Assembly: GCA_949299165.1 (NCBI GenBank)
Contig: CASFZJ010000002.1
Coordinates: forward strand, 4,924 to 68,923
Origin: an uncultured bacterium
GTDB lineage: Bacteria > Bacillota_I > Bacilli_A > RFN20 > CAG-826
Direction of reading: 5' to 3'
Length of the DNA: 64,000 bases
Shown here in pieces: positions 19,739-28,611 of the stretch; the stretch's first letter is position 1, and each line of letters opens with the position of its first letter. The notes beneath the pieces were generated by a model. That model was not told the DNA's origin, ran no database searches, and saw nothing but the letters and a program-made list of their open reading frames with translations. The position numbers and the translations under genes are program-made.

Positions 19739-21474
19739 TGTTTATCTCTAAAATTAAGTTTGTTAAGAGCTTGCTCTGTCATGTCGTATGCTGATTTAAA
19801 ATCACCATTTAAATATAATGTTTCAGCTTGTGAAACTATATTGTTGATTTCAGCAAATTTCATTCTATCGCGATTAATAAGCAATATATTTTCACTAGCT
19901 AAATTACGATAGTTATTCAAATCTTGAATTTCTTTAACAAGATTATTTGTTTTATCATTAAGTTCTCTTTGATATTGATTCACTTGATTAACCTCAATTG
20001 GAACTTTGACTAAAAGTTTTGAGATATCATCAATTAAAGCATAACAATCGTCGAAACGATCTTTAAAATAATCTTGATATTTATCGACTTTTAGTTCTCT
20101 TATAATCAATTCGTGTTCTTTTAATTGATCGTATTTTGCTCTTATATTTTTATAAGCAGTTTCACTATCATTTTTTAAAGAAATTAAATAATCGTTGAAC
20201 GAGTTAATACGATTGCTGATTTCTCTTGTGCCATTTTCTAACACTTTTAATTTGTTTAAAAGCTCACTATAAGGATAAGGCTCAATATTACGCATATATT
20301 GATCAAGTTTTCTTTTATCTCTACTAACATCTTCAACTTTGTTACGAATATTCTTTAATTCTTGAGCATGGTCTTCATCAATAACATAAATTTTATTAAA
20401 TCTAGCGATATTGTTATTGATTTTGACAAGTTCTTTATCATAATTTAAGAATTCATTGATGATAATATCTTTCTTTTCATTGAATTCTTTATAAGCAACA
20501 TCTTCTTCTTTAAACTTTTCAAATAAATCATCAATAATTTTATTAATTTCGATAGTTTCTTTTTTAAGATTTGAAATAGCTAAATTCTTAATGTTGCTAC
20601 GTTCTGTTTCAAGCGCATCATTAATTTCACTAATAAGTAGTTCAACATTAAGATGATTTAAAGGTCTTCCTTCTTTAACTAATTTTTCATATTCATCATT
20701 TAAACTTTTAACTTTGGCAGGAATGTTTTCATTCACTTCTTTAGTTAAAGCTGGGATTTCATCAATTAATCTATCGAGTAAATTTAAAACTTTATCAAGT
20801 TCAGGAATAATAGCTTTGGCATCATCATAATTTGCGTTTTCGACTAAATCTTCAAAATCATTAAATTTGCGATCAATTTTTGCAAAAACTTGTTGGAAAG
20901 ATGAAGCAACAAAAACTAATTCGTTTTCATTAAAATTAAATTTAGACTTAACATCACGGAATTTTTCTTTCTCGCTTAGCATCATTTGACGTGCATCTTC
21001 TTCTGGTTTAATGACATTAACTAAATCGTTATTTAAATTATTAACCGCATCTTCATATTGCTTAATGATTGGGGTTTTTTCTTTTAAAAATAATTTAAAT
21101 TCACGGCACTTATTCTCATCTAAAAATGCTTGAAGTTGGAAAATTACATCTTGATATTTTTGGTCAATAGTTTCGCGAATTTCTTTGCTTCTTTTAAAAT
21201 AAGAAGCATGGATATCGCTATATAAAAGATTTGTTCGAGAAATAATTTCAAGTCTTTGGATATATGAATTATCTTGTCCAGTTAATAAAGCATGTAAATA
21301 TTCATATTTCGATTGTAGTGAATCAAGTTGTTTTTGACATTTCTTTCTATTTAAATAAAATTTCGATAATAAAAAGTAAGTTAAAAAACTTAATAATAAA
21401 ACTGCAATTAAAACCGATACAACAACTGCGACTATGACTTCCATAGCCAAACCATCTAAAACAAAAATATTCAT
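19735..21474 (-). CDS. ezrA: Septation ring formation regulator EzrA
   Basis: N-terminal single TM followed by about 550 aa of coiled coil; the C-terminal patch resembles Bacillus EzrA; conserved position upstream of nifZ-thiI. Confidence 0.75.
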   Translation of the reverse strand: MNIFVLDGLAMEVIVAVVVSVLIAVLLLSFLTYFLLSKFYLNRKKCQKQLDSLQSKYEYLHALLTGQDNSYIQRLEIISRTNLLYSDIHASYFKRSKEIRETIDQKYQDVIFQLQAFLDENKCREFKLFLKEKTPIIKQYEDAVNNLNNDLVNVIKPEEDARQMMLSEKEKFRDVKSKFNFNENELVFVASSFQQVFAKIDRKFNDFEDLVENANYDDAKAIIPELDKVLNLLDRLIDEIPALTKEVNENIPAKVKSLNDEYEKLVKEGRPLNHLNVELLISEINDALETERSNIKNLAISNLKKETIEINKIIDDLFEKFKEEDVAYKEFNEKKDIIINEFLNYDKELVKINNNIARFNKIYVIDEDHAQELKNIRNKVEDVSRDKRKLDQYMRNIEPYPYSELLNKLKVLENGTREISNRINSFNDYLISLKNDSETAYKNIRAKYDQLKEHELIIRELKVDKYQDYFKDRFDDCYALIDDISKLLVKVPIEVNQVNQYQRELNDKTNNLVKEIQDLNNYRNLASENILLINRDRMKFAEINNIVSQAETLYLNGDFKSAYDMTEQALNKLNFRDKQ

Positions 21475-21536
21475 AATTATTCCCTTCTAGTATTTTATAC
21501 TAGAAGTTGAGATTTTTCTATATTGACTCATTAATA

Positions 21537-21575
21537 AAAACAGCCACCAATTTTGAATTGATGACTGCTTAAACT
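21537..21575 (-). terminator. Probable terminator downstream of rpsD
   Basis: 12-bp imperfect stem with G-U pairs, followed by TTTTT on the minus strand. Confidence 0.4.
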
Positions 21576-21594
21576 TGCTACATTTAAATTACAA

Positions 21595-22221
21595 CTAGAT
21601 AATTCTGTTGTAGTATTCAACGATTAATGCTTCGTTGATATCTTTAGATAATTCACTTCTTTCAGGTAATCTAAGGAATTTACCTTCTTTCTTTTCCTTA
21701 TCAACTTCTACATAAGGAACTGTAACAGTTGTGTTGTCTAAAGAAGTTTTGATAACAGCGATGTCTTTGCTGTTTTCTTTAATTCCAATTACATCATTTA
21801 CATGGCATAAATATGATGGGATATCAATAGTTCTGCCATTAACAACGATGTGTTTGTGGTTTACGAGTTGGCGAGCTGCTCTTCTTGTTGGAGCAAAACC
21901 AAGTCTGTAAACTAAGTTGTCAAGTCTAGATTCAAGAATTGTCATGAATGCAGTACCAGTAACATCTTTTGACTTACGAGCCATTAAGAACAATCTCCTA
22001 AATTGGCGTTCGTTGACTCCGTAAAGATCTCTTAATTTTTGTTTTTCATTTAATTGTTTTCCGTACTCAGATAATTTTTTCTTTTCAGCACCGTGCATAC
22101 CTGGAGCATAATCTCTATGATCGCCTTTCTTTAAAGTATGACCATTAAATTCTTCTCCAGTTCCTAGTAATGAAAATCCTAATCTTCTAGCACGTTTCCA
22201 TTTAGGTCCTACATAACGCAT
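21595..22221 (-). CDS. rpsD: 30S ribosomal protein S4
   Basis: 208 aa, conserved S4 N-terminal sequence MRYVGPKWKRARRLG and S4 RNA-binding domain. Confidence 0.95.
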   Translation of the reverse strand: MRYVGPKWKRARRLGFSLLGTGEEFNGHTLKKGDHRDYAPGMHGAEKKKLSEYGKQLNEKQKLRDLYGVNERQFRRLFLMARKSKDVTGTAFMTILESRLDNLVYRLGFAPTRRAARQLVNHKHIVVNGRTIDIPSYLCHVNDVIGIKENSKDIAVIKTSLDNTTVTVPYVEVDKEKKEGKFLRLPERSELSKDINEALIVEYYNRII

Positions 22222-22475
22222 ATTTTAATCTCCTTTGTGTTCTAACGATGTAAAGAAAGATTCATAAATTCCTTTTCTCAGGATGAATTGACTAGAGTTT
22301 CTGTTGTGTAGCTCAACTTACTTCTTTGGAATAATCCTCAATTCATTTGACAGAAAGTATTTACATGCTGCTTTACATGCGCTGTATAAAAGTAATACAA
22401 AATGCAAGAAATGTCAAGTTTAACTTGCAGTAAAGTTCACGCGGTAGCTCCAACAGCCTTAGAAGCTTTTCTTTC

Positions 22476-22581
22476 TTAAAGCTCTTAAGTTCTTACTTCA
22501 ACGCCCCACCTATCAATTTAGGTGTTTTGTGAGCTCCATAAGCTTGAATTCCGGGTCAGACCTCCGTACTAAATTTAATCT
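22476..22581 (-). ncRNA. Candidate TnpB right-end / omega-RNA (reRNA) scaffold immediately 3' of the tnpB stop
   Basis: Non-coding 105 nt starting at the tnpB stop (minus strand ATTAAATTTAGTACGGAGGTCTGACCCGGAATTCAAGCTT...). It is about 70% identical over about 95 nt to a second copy at 48728-48820. Confidence 0.45.
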
Positions 22582-23928
22582 TTAATTATGTGGAATTGCA
22601 TCTATTCTTTTATCAAAATTTGCTTGATTAGCAAGATTTTTAAACGAATTAGATACATTTATTGGTTCAACGAAAGAATAATTAATGCCGTTTTTTATAC
22701 AATCAGTAATTATTTTATCTTTCTCCGCAATCGTTAATTTGGACGTTCCAAATCCTATTTTCTTTTTCATATACTTAAATAAATTGCACGCCGCATTAAA
22801 ATCACGATCAATGGCGACGCCGCAATTGTCACATCTATAAATTCTATCATTTAAATCCAAGTTGTTTTTAATAGCACCGCACTTAACACATCTTTTAGAA
22901 CTAGGATAAAATTTTCCTGCTTCAACAAATACTCTGTCCGCTATCGAATTGCATTTGTTTTTAATAAGCACTTTTAAATTATTAAAGCCTATATCATTAT
23001 TTTTTCGAGAAAAAAACTTCTTTTGCATTAAATTATCGATTTCCAAATCTTCCATGCAAATACCATCAAAATTTCTAACTAGAACTGAAGTAACCTTATT
23101 ATTGTAATTCTCTCGTTTATTCAAAGCTTTTAAATAAAATTTCGCTAATTTTTGTTGCATTTTCAAATAATTATTTGATTTTTTATATGTTCCATCCTCT
23201 TGCATAACTAGTGACTTTCTTTGCAATTCCTTGTTTAAATGCTTTAAACGCCTTAAATTTTTATACAAGAATAAAGGAGCATCAATTACTAGTCCGCATG
23301 AAGTAGTAAGTGTATTTTTAAGGCCCAAATCAATTCCAATTGTTTTTCCGTTTCTCAAAAATTTGTAAGAGTGAGTAGCTTCGAAATAAGACTTAGGTAT
23401 TTTGAAAAGCATAGCTACATAATATTTGCCATCTGTTCTTTTAAAAGTGCAGGAAATTAATGTTCCATGAAAACGTAATTTATCCAATATTTTTATTGGT
23501 CCGCTTAACCCACTAAAGTATATGAAGTTTTTAACGCTACTTTCTTTGGCTCTTATAGAAACACTTCCTCCCTTTAAATAGAAAGCATTTGATAAATATT
23601 TTTTCTTAAACTTTAACTTTAGTAAACCGCCTTCTTTAGTTTTTGTTTTAGCGACGCGAACTGCCTTATTAAGATTTTGAAACACTTTATTTTCAAGATT
23701 GATATCAATCCCGTTTAAAAAATCGAATTCTTTTTTCTTTTTTAAATAAATATTTCTGATTAAGTCTCCATTTAACTTTTCTTTTTCCGTTTCACTTGCG
23801 TTATTAAAGTATTCAACTCCAAAGTTATAAATAAATCTCGCTTTCCCAAATAAATTCTCCAAAACTTCAATTTGAGACTTATTAGGATCTAATCTAACTT
23901 TTTGTGCTATATAAATAAATTCTTCCAT
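22582..23928 (-). CDS. tnpB: TnpB (OrfB_IS605) RNA-guided nuclease-type transposon protein with intact RuvC triad and zinc finger
   Basis: N-terminal HTH. RuvC-I IGIDLGLKN, RuvC-II ICMEDLEID, zinc finger CVKCG...CDNCG, RuvC-III AIDRDFNAACN. Confidence 0.9.
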   Translation of the reverse strand: MEEFIYIAQKVRLDPNKSQIEVLENLFGKARFIYNFGVEYFNNASETEKEKLNGDLIRNIYLKKKKEFDFLNGIDINLENKVFQNLNKAVRVAKTKTKEGGLLKLKFKKKYLSNAFYLKGGSVSIRAKESSVKNFIYFSGLSGPIKILDKLRFHGTLISCTFKRTDGKYYVAMLFKIPKSYFEATHSYKFLRNGKTIGIDLGLKNTLTTSCGLVIDAPLFLYKNLRRLKHLNKELQRKSLVMQEDGTYKKSNNYLKMQQKLAKFYLKALNKRENYNNKVTSVLVRNFDGICMEDLEIDNLMQKKFFSRKNNDIGFNNLKVLIKNKCNSIADRVFVEAGKFYPSSKRCVKCGAIKNNLDLNDRIYRCDNCGVAIDRDFNAACNLFKYMKKKIGFGTSKLTIAEKDKIITDCIKNGINYSFVEPINVSNSFKNLANQANFDKRIDAIPHN

Positions 23929-24181
23929 AATAATTTCACTCCTTTCTAATCAACTAATTTTTTGTTTTTCCTTTCTAAGTCATAATTTCATCCTTTCTAG
24001 TGGTTTAAGTTATTTGGAATTTGATTCTTTTTTCAAAATAACTTTTTACCCCTTTACTAATACAACGGGGATGAAAATCAATTTTGTTAAAAAAATTTTA
24101 AAATTTTTCAAAAAAAGTTTTTTCAGTGTTAAAAAAGGCACAAAATTTCAAAGATTTTTAAGGATATGATAAAATCTTCTT

Positions 24182-25279
24182 ATGGAAAAATTATATTTAA
24201 GCAAAGATAAATCTTTAGTAAATTTAGGAAATTCAATTTTAAAAGCATTTGGAGTTAAACCATTTCACGAAACTTATAATACAGTCGATGAGATTATCAA
24301 AAAATCTAGTAAAGAAAAGATAGCTCTAGTTTTATTTGATGGATTTGGTGTAAACATAGCTGAACACTATAAAGAAAATATCCCTTATATTTATTCACAC
24401 AAAGTTGAAGCATTTAATAGTGTTTATCCTCCAACCACAGTAGCCGCAACCACCGCCTTAACTACCGGCACTTATCCTATTGAAAACGGACACATTGGTT
24501 GGACTCAACATTTTAACGAATATAACGCTGATATATGTGTTTTTTTATCAACTGATAAATTTGATAATAAGAAAATTTATCCAAATGTTTCAAATATATT
24601 AAAACCAAAATTTATTCGGGAATACATCAATGAAACACAAAAATTTAACGCCGCTTCTATCAGTTGTTTTCATTTTAAGAACAAAGATAAAACAGATGAT
24701 TTTGAAACTTTCTTTGAAGAAGCTGATAAAACTATCAAAAATCACGATTTTACTTATGTTTATTCTTCAAACCCAGATCATTTACTTCATGAACTTGGTT
24801 GTTATAACGATACTGTAAAAGAAAATTTGATTTACTTAGAAGGAAAACTTAAAACTTTAATCGAAAACAATAAAGATACGCTCTTTTTGCTTGTTGCTGA
24901 TCATGGATTTAGGGATATTGAAGAAATACCTCTAAACGAGCGCCCTGATTTTTTAGAGACTTTATCCAGAAAATATGTAACCTATGAGCCATCTTTTTCC
25001 GGCTTTTATGTCAAAGATAGTCAAAAGTTTATTGAATTAGCAAACAAGTATTACTCTGATAAGTTTTTTATTTATTCAAAAGAAGAAATTTTAAAAGATC
25101 ATATTCTCGGGTATGGTAAGATGTCTCAATACGTAAAAGAAACTTTACCAGATTTCTTCTTAATTGCTAAAGATAAATATAGTTTTTATGATGGCGAAAA
25201 GCCTGTTGGATTTAAAGGTCACCATGCAGGTGGCACCAAAGAGGAACGCGAAATTTATCTTTACGCTTTTAATAATTAA
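24182..25279 (+). CDS. Alkaline-phosphatase-superfamily protein (type I phosphodiesterase / nucleotide pyrophosphatase-like)
   Basis: Metal-ligand motifs VLFDGFG (N-terminal) and LVADHGF (C-terminal). 365 aa, too short for PglZ. Confidence 0.55.
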   Translation: MEKLYLSKDKSLVNLGNSILKAFGVKPFHETYNTVDEIIKKSSKEKIALVLFDGFGVNIAEHYKENIPYIYSHKVEAFNSVYPPTTVAATTALTTGTYPIENGHIGWTQHFNEYNADICVFLSTDKFDNKKIYPNVSNILKPKFIREYINETQKFNAASISCFHFKNKDKTDDFETFFEEADKTIKNHDFTYVYSSNPDHLLHELGCYNDTVKENLIYLEGKLKTLIENNKDTLFLLVADHGFRDIEEIPLNERPDFLETLSRKYVTYEPSFSGFYVKDSQKFIELANKYYSDKFFIYSKEEILKDHILGYGKMSQYVKETLPDFFLIAKDKYSFYDGEKPVGFKGHHAGGTKEEREIYLYAFNN

Positions 25280-26385
25280 GCTTCCTTATTTTCTATATTT
25301 TCAATTTTATTATTTTGAGCGTTTTCGCTCTCTTTTCTTTTACGCATATAACGAACTAAGAAATAAGCAGCTAATGCACAAATCACAAATAATGGAATAC
25401 CTACTCCTAAATCAATAGCCATTTTTGTTGAATCAGTAGGCCAAACATTTAAATACACATTGTTGACATCGGAATTGTAGAAAACAGAAACAACCGAACC
25501 AAATGTTAAACCAGTCATCAAGAAATACATATTCTTGTACCACTTCTTAAAACAAAGTGACATTAACTTACTTAAAAAGAAGAATCCAACAACAAAACCT
25601 AAAACAAATACAAAGAAGAATAAAATCCAAAGTGGTTGATCAATTAAAACACTAAAATGAACAGCGTTCATCATTGGTTTAAAGAAACCAATAGACATAA
25701 GTAATACAGTTGCTGATAATCCAGGTAAAATTTGAGTCAAGGAAACAAGGGCACCAACTAAAAATCCTACAATATGAATCCACCAAGGAAATGTATCAAA
25801 AGTTCCACTAACATCAATTTCTGTAACATTTGCAAATACTGAACTCAAAACAATTGGAAATGCAAAACCAATAATAACTAAAGAGATTCTAATTGGTGTT
25901 AACTTTTCTTTTTTGATAACCTGATAAATTTCCGGCGCAGCGCCTAACATCAATCCACCAAATATACAAACAACAATAAATGTGAATTGTTCAATTACAC
26001 TTTGAACAGCAAAGAAACCCAAAACAAATCCCAATAATCCACCAATTAAAATTGGTAATAAAAACAAGAAGCAGATTTTAAATTTCTTAAAAATATTGCT
26101 GACCGCATAAAGTAATTTATCGTAAAGCTTAAATAAAATCGCAATTGTAGATCCACTAATTCCTGGCAAAATTACAGCTAATCCAATTAAAAACCCTGCA
26201 AAAGCTGACTTAAACCAAGATTTCTTGTTGTGTTTTTCTAACGTCACTTCTTCTTTTTCTTCGATTAGTTCTTTCTCTTCCATAAGTCTCTCCAAACACG
26301 ACTTAATATATACTGAGCCCATAAAAAAGTAAATATATATAATTTTTAAACTTTTGATATAATAGATGTGCTGCCGCTTTTGCAT
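25276..26385 (-). CDS. DUF368-family polytopic membrane protein
   Basis: About 8 TM segments with the ILPGISGS motif typical of DUF368. Confidence 0.65.
   Translation of the reverse strand: MQKRQHIYYIKSLKIIYIYFFMGSVYIKSCLERLMEEKELIEEKEEVTLEKHNKKSWFKSAFAGFLIGLAVILPGISGSTIAILFKLYDKLLYAVSNIFKKFKICFLFLLPILIGGLLGFVLGFFAVQSVIEQFTFIVVCIFGGLMLGAAPEIYQVIKKEKLTPIRISLVIIGFAFPIVLSSVFANVTEIDVSGTFDTFPWWIHIVGFLVGALVSLTQILPGLSATVLLMSIGFFKPMMNAVHFSVLIDQPLWILFFFVFVLGFVVGFFFLSKLMSLCFKKWYKNMYFLMTGLTFGSVVSVFYNSDVNNVYLNVWPTDSTKMAIDLGVGIPLFVICALAAYFLVRYMRKRKESENAQNNKIENIENKEA
26354..26362 (+). promoter_or_regulatory. Extended -10 element (TGATATAAT) 10 nt upstream of tRNA-Thr
   Basis: TGnTATAAT match positioned correctly relative to the tRNA 5' end. 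Confidence 0.4.
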
Positions 26386-26448
26386 AGTTGGTAGTGCAGT
26401 TCATTCGTAATGAAAAGGTCATAGGTTCGAGTCCTATAAGCGGCACCA
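26373..26448 (+). tRNA. tRNA-Thr (anticodon CGT)
   Basis: 76-nt cloverleaf: acceptor GCCGCTT/AAGCGGC, D-stem TGCA/TGCA, anticodon loop TTCGTAA (CGT at positions 34-36), T-arm ATAGGTTCGAGTCCTAT, encoded CCA. Confidence 0.85.
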
Positions 26449-26501
26449 GCTTATAACTAACATTTTGATACAAAGTAAGGGTCTCAAAATGAACGATATT
26501 T

Positions 26502-26523
26502 GCTCGAGGAATCGAGCTTTTTT
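26502..26523 (+). terminator. Rho-independent terminator after tRNA-Thr
   Basis: GCTCGA-GGAA-TCGAGC hairpin followed by T6. Confidence 0.7.
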
Positions 26524-26535
26524 ACATTTCAAGCG

Positions 26536-26641
26536 TTTTGCTAGTAGAGAAAAATTGATTTGAATCTACGGATTTTAGAATTTTAGTTCTACTAGAAAAA
26601 TGAAAGCCTACTAGCAAAACGTATCTCTACTAGAAAAATGA
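26536..26641. repeat. Cluster of four CTAGTAG/CTACTAG-AAAAATGA-type direct and inverted repeats next to the tRNA
   Basis: Exact 16-mer TCTACTAGAAAAATGA at 26588-26603 and 26626-26641. Perfect 12-bp inverted pair TTTTGCTAGTAG (26536-26547) / CTACTAGCAAAA (26608-26619). Confidence 0.5.
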
Positions 26642-26726
26642 TACCTGTGTTATGAAAAATAATGTTTGTACAAGTTCAATTTGATTTATTACCAACTATT
26701 TGAGAAAATTACATTGGTAATAAAAG

Positions 26727-28142
26727 TTGGTAATAAATATGAATATTAAAGAGTTATTGTCTGAATTATTACAATTTTCAAAAGAAAGAGAATGGTTTGA
26801 ATTTAAAGAAAATTGGTTTGAACCAATTGCACTTGGTGAATATGTTTCTGCACTTTCAAATGCTGCAGCGTTGGTAGGAAAAGAATTTGCTTATTTCGTT
26901 TGGGGTGTTTCCGACAAAGAACATGCCTTGGTAGGTACTGAATTCGACCAATACCAAGATTATAAGAATGAACCATATATCAATTTTCTAAACAGGAATT
27001 TAAACCCAAGAGTCAAAATCGATTTTTTCGAAGATAATATCAATGGCAAGAGAATAGTTGTTTTAAGAATTGAATCTGCCAAAGATATTCCAACAGCATT
27101 TAATAGAGTCAGATATATTCGTATCGGTTCTTCGAAAGACACAATGGAAAAAAATCCAAGAATTGAGAAAGAATTATTTAGAATTTTAGAACATGGATAT
27201 CCAACGATAGTAAATACAAAATCTCAGTATAATGATTTAACTTTTAATAAGCTTTTTATGTATTATGGTTCAAAGGGAATATCGCTGAGAAAAGAAACAT
27301 TCAAGAAAAATTTATGTTTATTAACAAAAGACGGTTCTTATAATATTCTTGCTCAACTCCTTTCTGATAACTCGCACTTACCTCTTAGAGTCTCTATTTT
27401 TGAAGGCACAACCAAGGGATCGAATCTTTATTCGATTAAAGAATTTGGGTTTGACTGTATTCTCTATTCTTTAAAAAACCTTCTCGATTATGGTGATGTT
27501 TTAAATGTCATCCAATCTGATGAAACAAATAGAAAAGAAGAAAGAAAAGAAATCCCTTTGTTCGACATTAAATCTTACAATGAGGCGACAGTGAACGCTG
27601 TCCTTCATAACAAGTGGGTTGAAGGCAATGAACCTATGATTACTGTTTTTTCTGATCGAATTGAAATATTATCGAGAGGAACTATTGCTCCAGCTCAAAC
27701 GCTTGAAGGGTTTTATTTAGGAGAATCAGTACCAGTAAACGAAAAACTTTCCGAGATTTTTGCCCAGTTGAGGATAAGCGATAAATCTGGTAGAGGTGTG
27801 CCAAAAATCGTTGAAACATACAGTAGAAATGCTTTTCAGTTTAGAGATAATTCGATTGTAGTAACAATTCCTTTCAATTCGATTAAAAAAGTTGGTGATA
27901 AAATTGGTAATAACATTGGTGATAAACCTGTTATTACAAGAAAGCATGGATTAAATTTGACTAGAGAAAGAATACTTTCTGAAATGAGACATAATCCTAA
28001 CATTACCAAGTCTGAACTGGTCATTTTAATTGGAATCAGTGATACAGCAATCGATAACAACATTAGATATTTAAGAAATAACGGATATATAAAGCGTATT
28101 GGTGAAAATAAAAATGGTTATTGGGAGGTTATTAAACAATAA
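26727..28142 (+). CDS. AlbA_2 (Schlafen-like) domain protein with C-terminal histidine-kinase-like ATPase (HATPase_c_4-type) and wHTH
   Basis: The N-terminal FAYFVWGVSDKEH...ALVGT block matches the AlbA_2 divergent-AAA/Schlafen core. The C-terminal half is paralogous to ORF 49752-51080 (NAVLHNKW...SRG...GRGVPKI versus NAIVHNDW...SHG...GHGIPTI). Confidence 0.65.
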   Translation: MVINMNIKELLSELLQFSKEREWFEFKENWFEPIALGEYVSALSNAAALVGKEFAYFVWGVSDKEHALVGTEFDQYQDYKNEPYINFLNRNLNPRVKIDFFEDNINGKRIVVLRIESAKDIPTAFNRVRYIRIGSSKDTMEKNPRIEKELFRILEHGYPTIVNTKSQYNDLTFNKLFMYYGSKGISLRKETFKKNLCLLTKDGSYNILAQLLSDNSHLPLRVSIFEGTTKGSNLYSIKEFGFDCILYSLKNLLDYGDVLNVIQSDETNRKEERKEIPLFDIKSYNEATVNAVLHNKWVEGNEPMITVFSDRIEILSRGTIAPAQTLEGFYLGESVPVNEKLSEIFAQLRISDKSGRGVPKIVETYSRNAFQFRDNSIVVTIPFNSIKKVGDKIGNNIGDKPVITRKHGLNLTRERILSEMRHNPNITKSELVILIGISDTAIDNNIRYLRNNGYIKRIGENKNGYWEVIKQ

Positions 28143-28465
28143 TGTCCAAAATGATTGCATATTGTGGTATAGATTGCAGCAAATGTGATGCTTATATCGC
28201 TACAATTACGAATGATAGTGAGTTAAAGACAAAAACAGCAAAAGATTGGTCTAAACTAAACAGCGCAACAATTCTTTCTAACCACATTAATTGTAACGGA
28301 TGCAGAAAAGACGGTGCAAAAACAATATTTTGTTCAAATTTATGTCCTATAAGAAAATGTGCTATAAAGCATTCTGTTGACAATTGCACTCAATGTAAGA
28401 AATACAATGATTGCGACACTATCCAAACATTTTTAAAAACAAACCATTCTATAATTAATCATTAA
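28142..28465 (+). CDS. Cys-rich zinc-ribbon-like small protein (DUF3795-like), translationally coupled to the upstream gene
   Basis: 107 aa with CGxDCxxC, CNGC and CxxC clusters. Its ATG overlaps the upstream TAA (TAATG). Confidence 0.5.
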   Translation: MSKMIAYCGIDCSKCDAYIATITNDSELKTKTAKDWSKLNSATILSNHINCNGCRKDGAKTIFCSNLCPIRKCAIKHSVDNCTQCKKYNDCDTIQTFLKTNHSIINH

Positions 28466-28611
28466 ATGTTTACTAATACTTTCATCGGTATCGTTTTTCT
28501 AGTAAGCGTATCATTTTGCTTTAGGGGTATCGTTTTTTATTAAAGCGATAGCACAAAGACACATCTATTATTGATGCGCTTACTCCCGGCACATTTATTC
28601 AAAAGTTAAAA

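Larger units (their letters stand above)
22470..24130 (-). mobile_element. IS200/IS605-family element, tnpB-only (IS1341-like); approximate ends
   Basis: Single TnpB ORF with no tnpA. A structured left end carries a CCCC-N14-GGGG hairpin near 24045-24070. The right end is a conserved approximately 105-nt element that has a second copy elsewhere in the window. Confidence 0.65.

Noticed and set aside
22222-22470. Extending the omega-RNA call across the whole 360-bp region between tnpB and rpsD
   Set aside because: Homology with the second copy ends near 22476. The rest is more parsimoniously the native rpsD promoter/leader, which contains a TTGACA-like -35 about 250 nt upstream of rpsD.
24182-25279. 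PglZ (BREX) alkaline-phosphatase-like protein
   Set aside because: Only 365 aa with a generic AlkP/NPP fold and no adjacent BREX components (PglX, BrxC, BrxL); more likely a phosphodiesterase.
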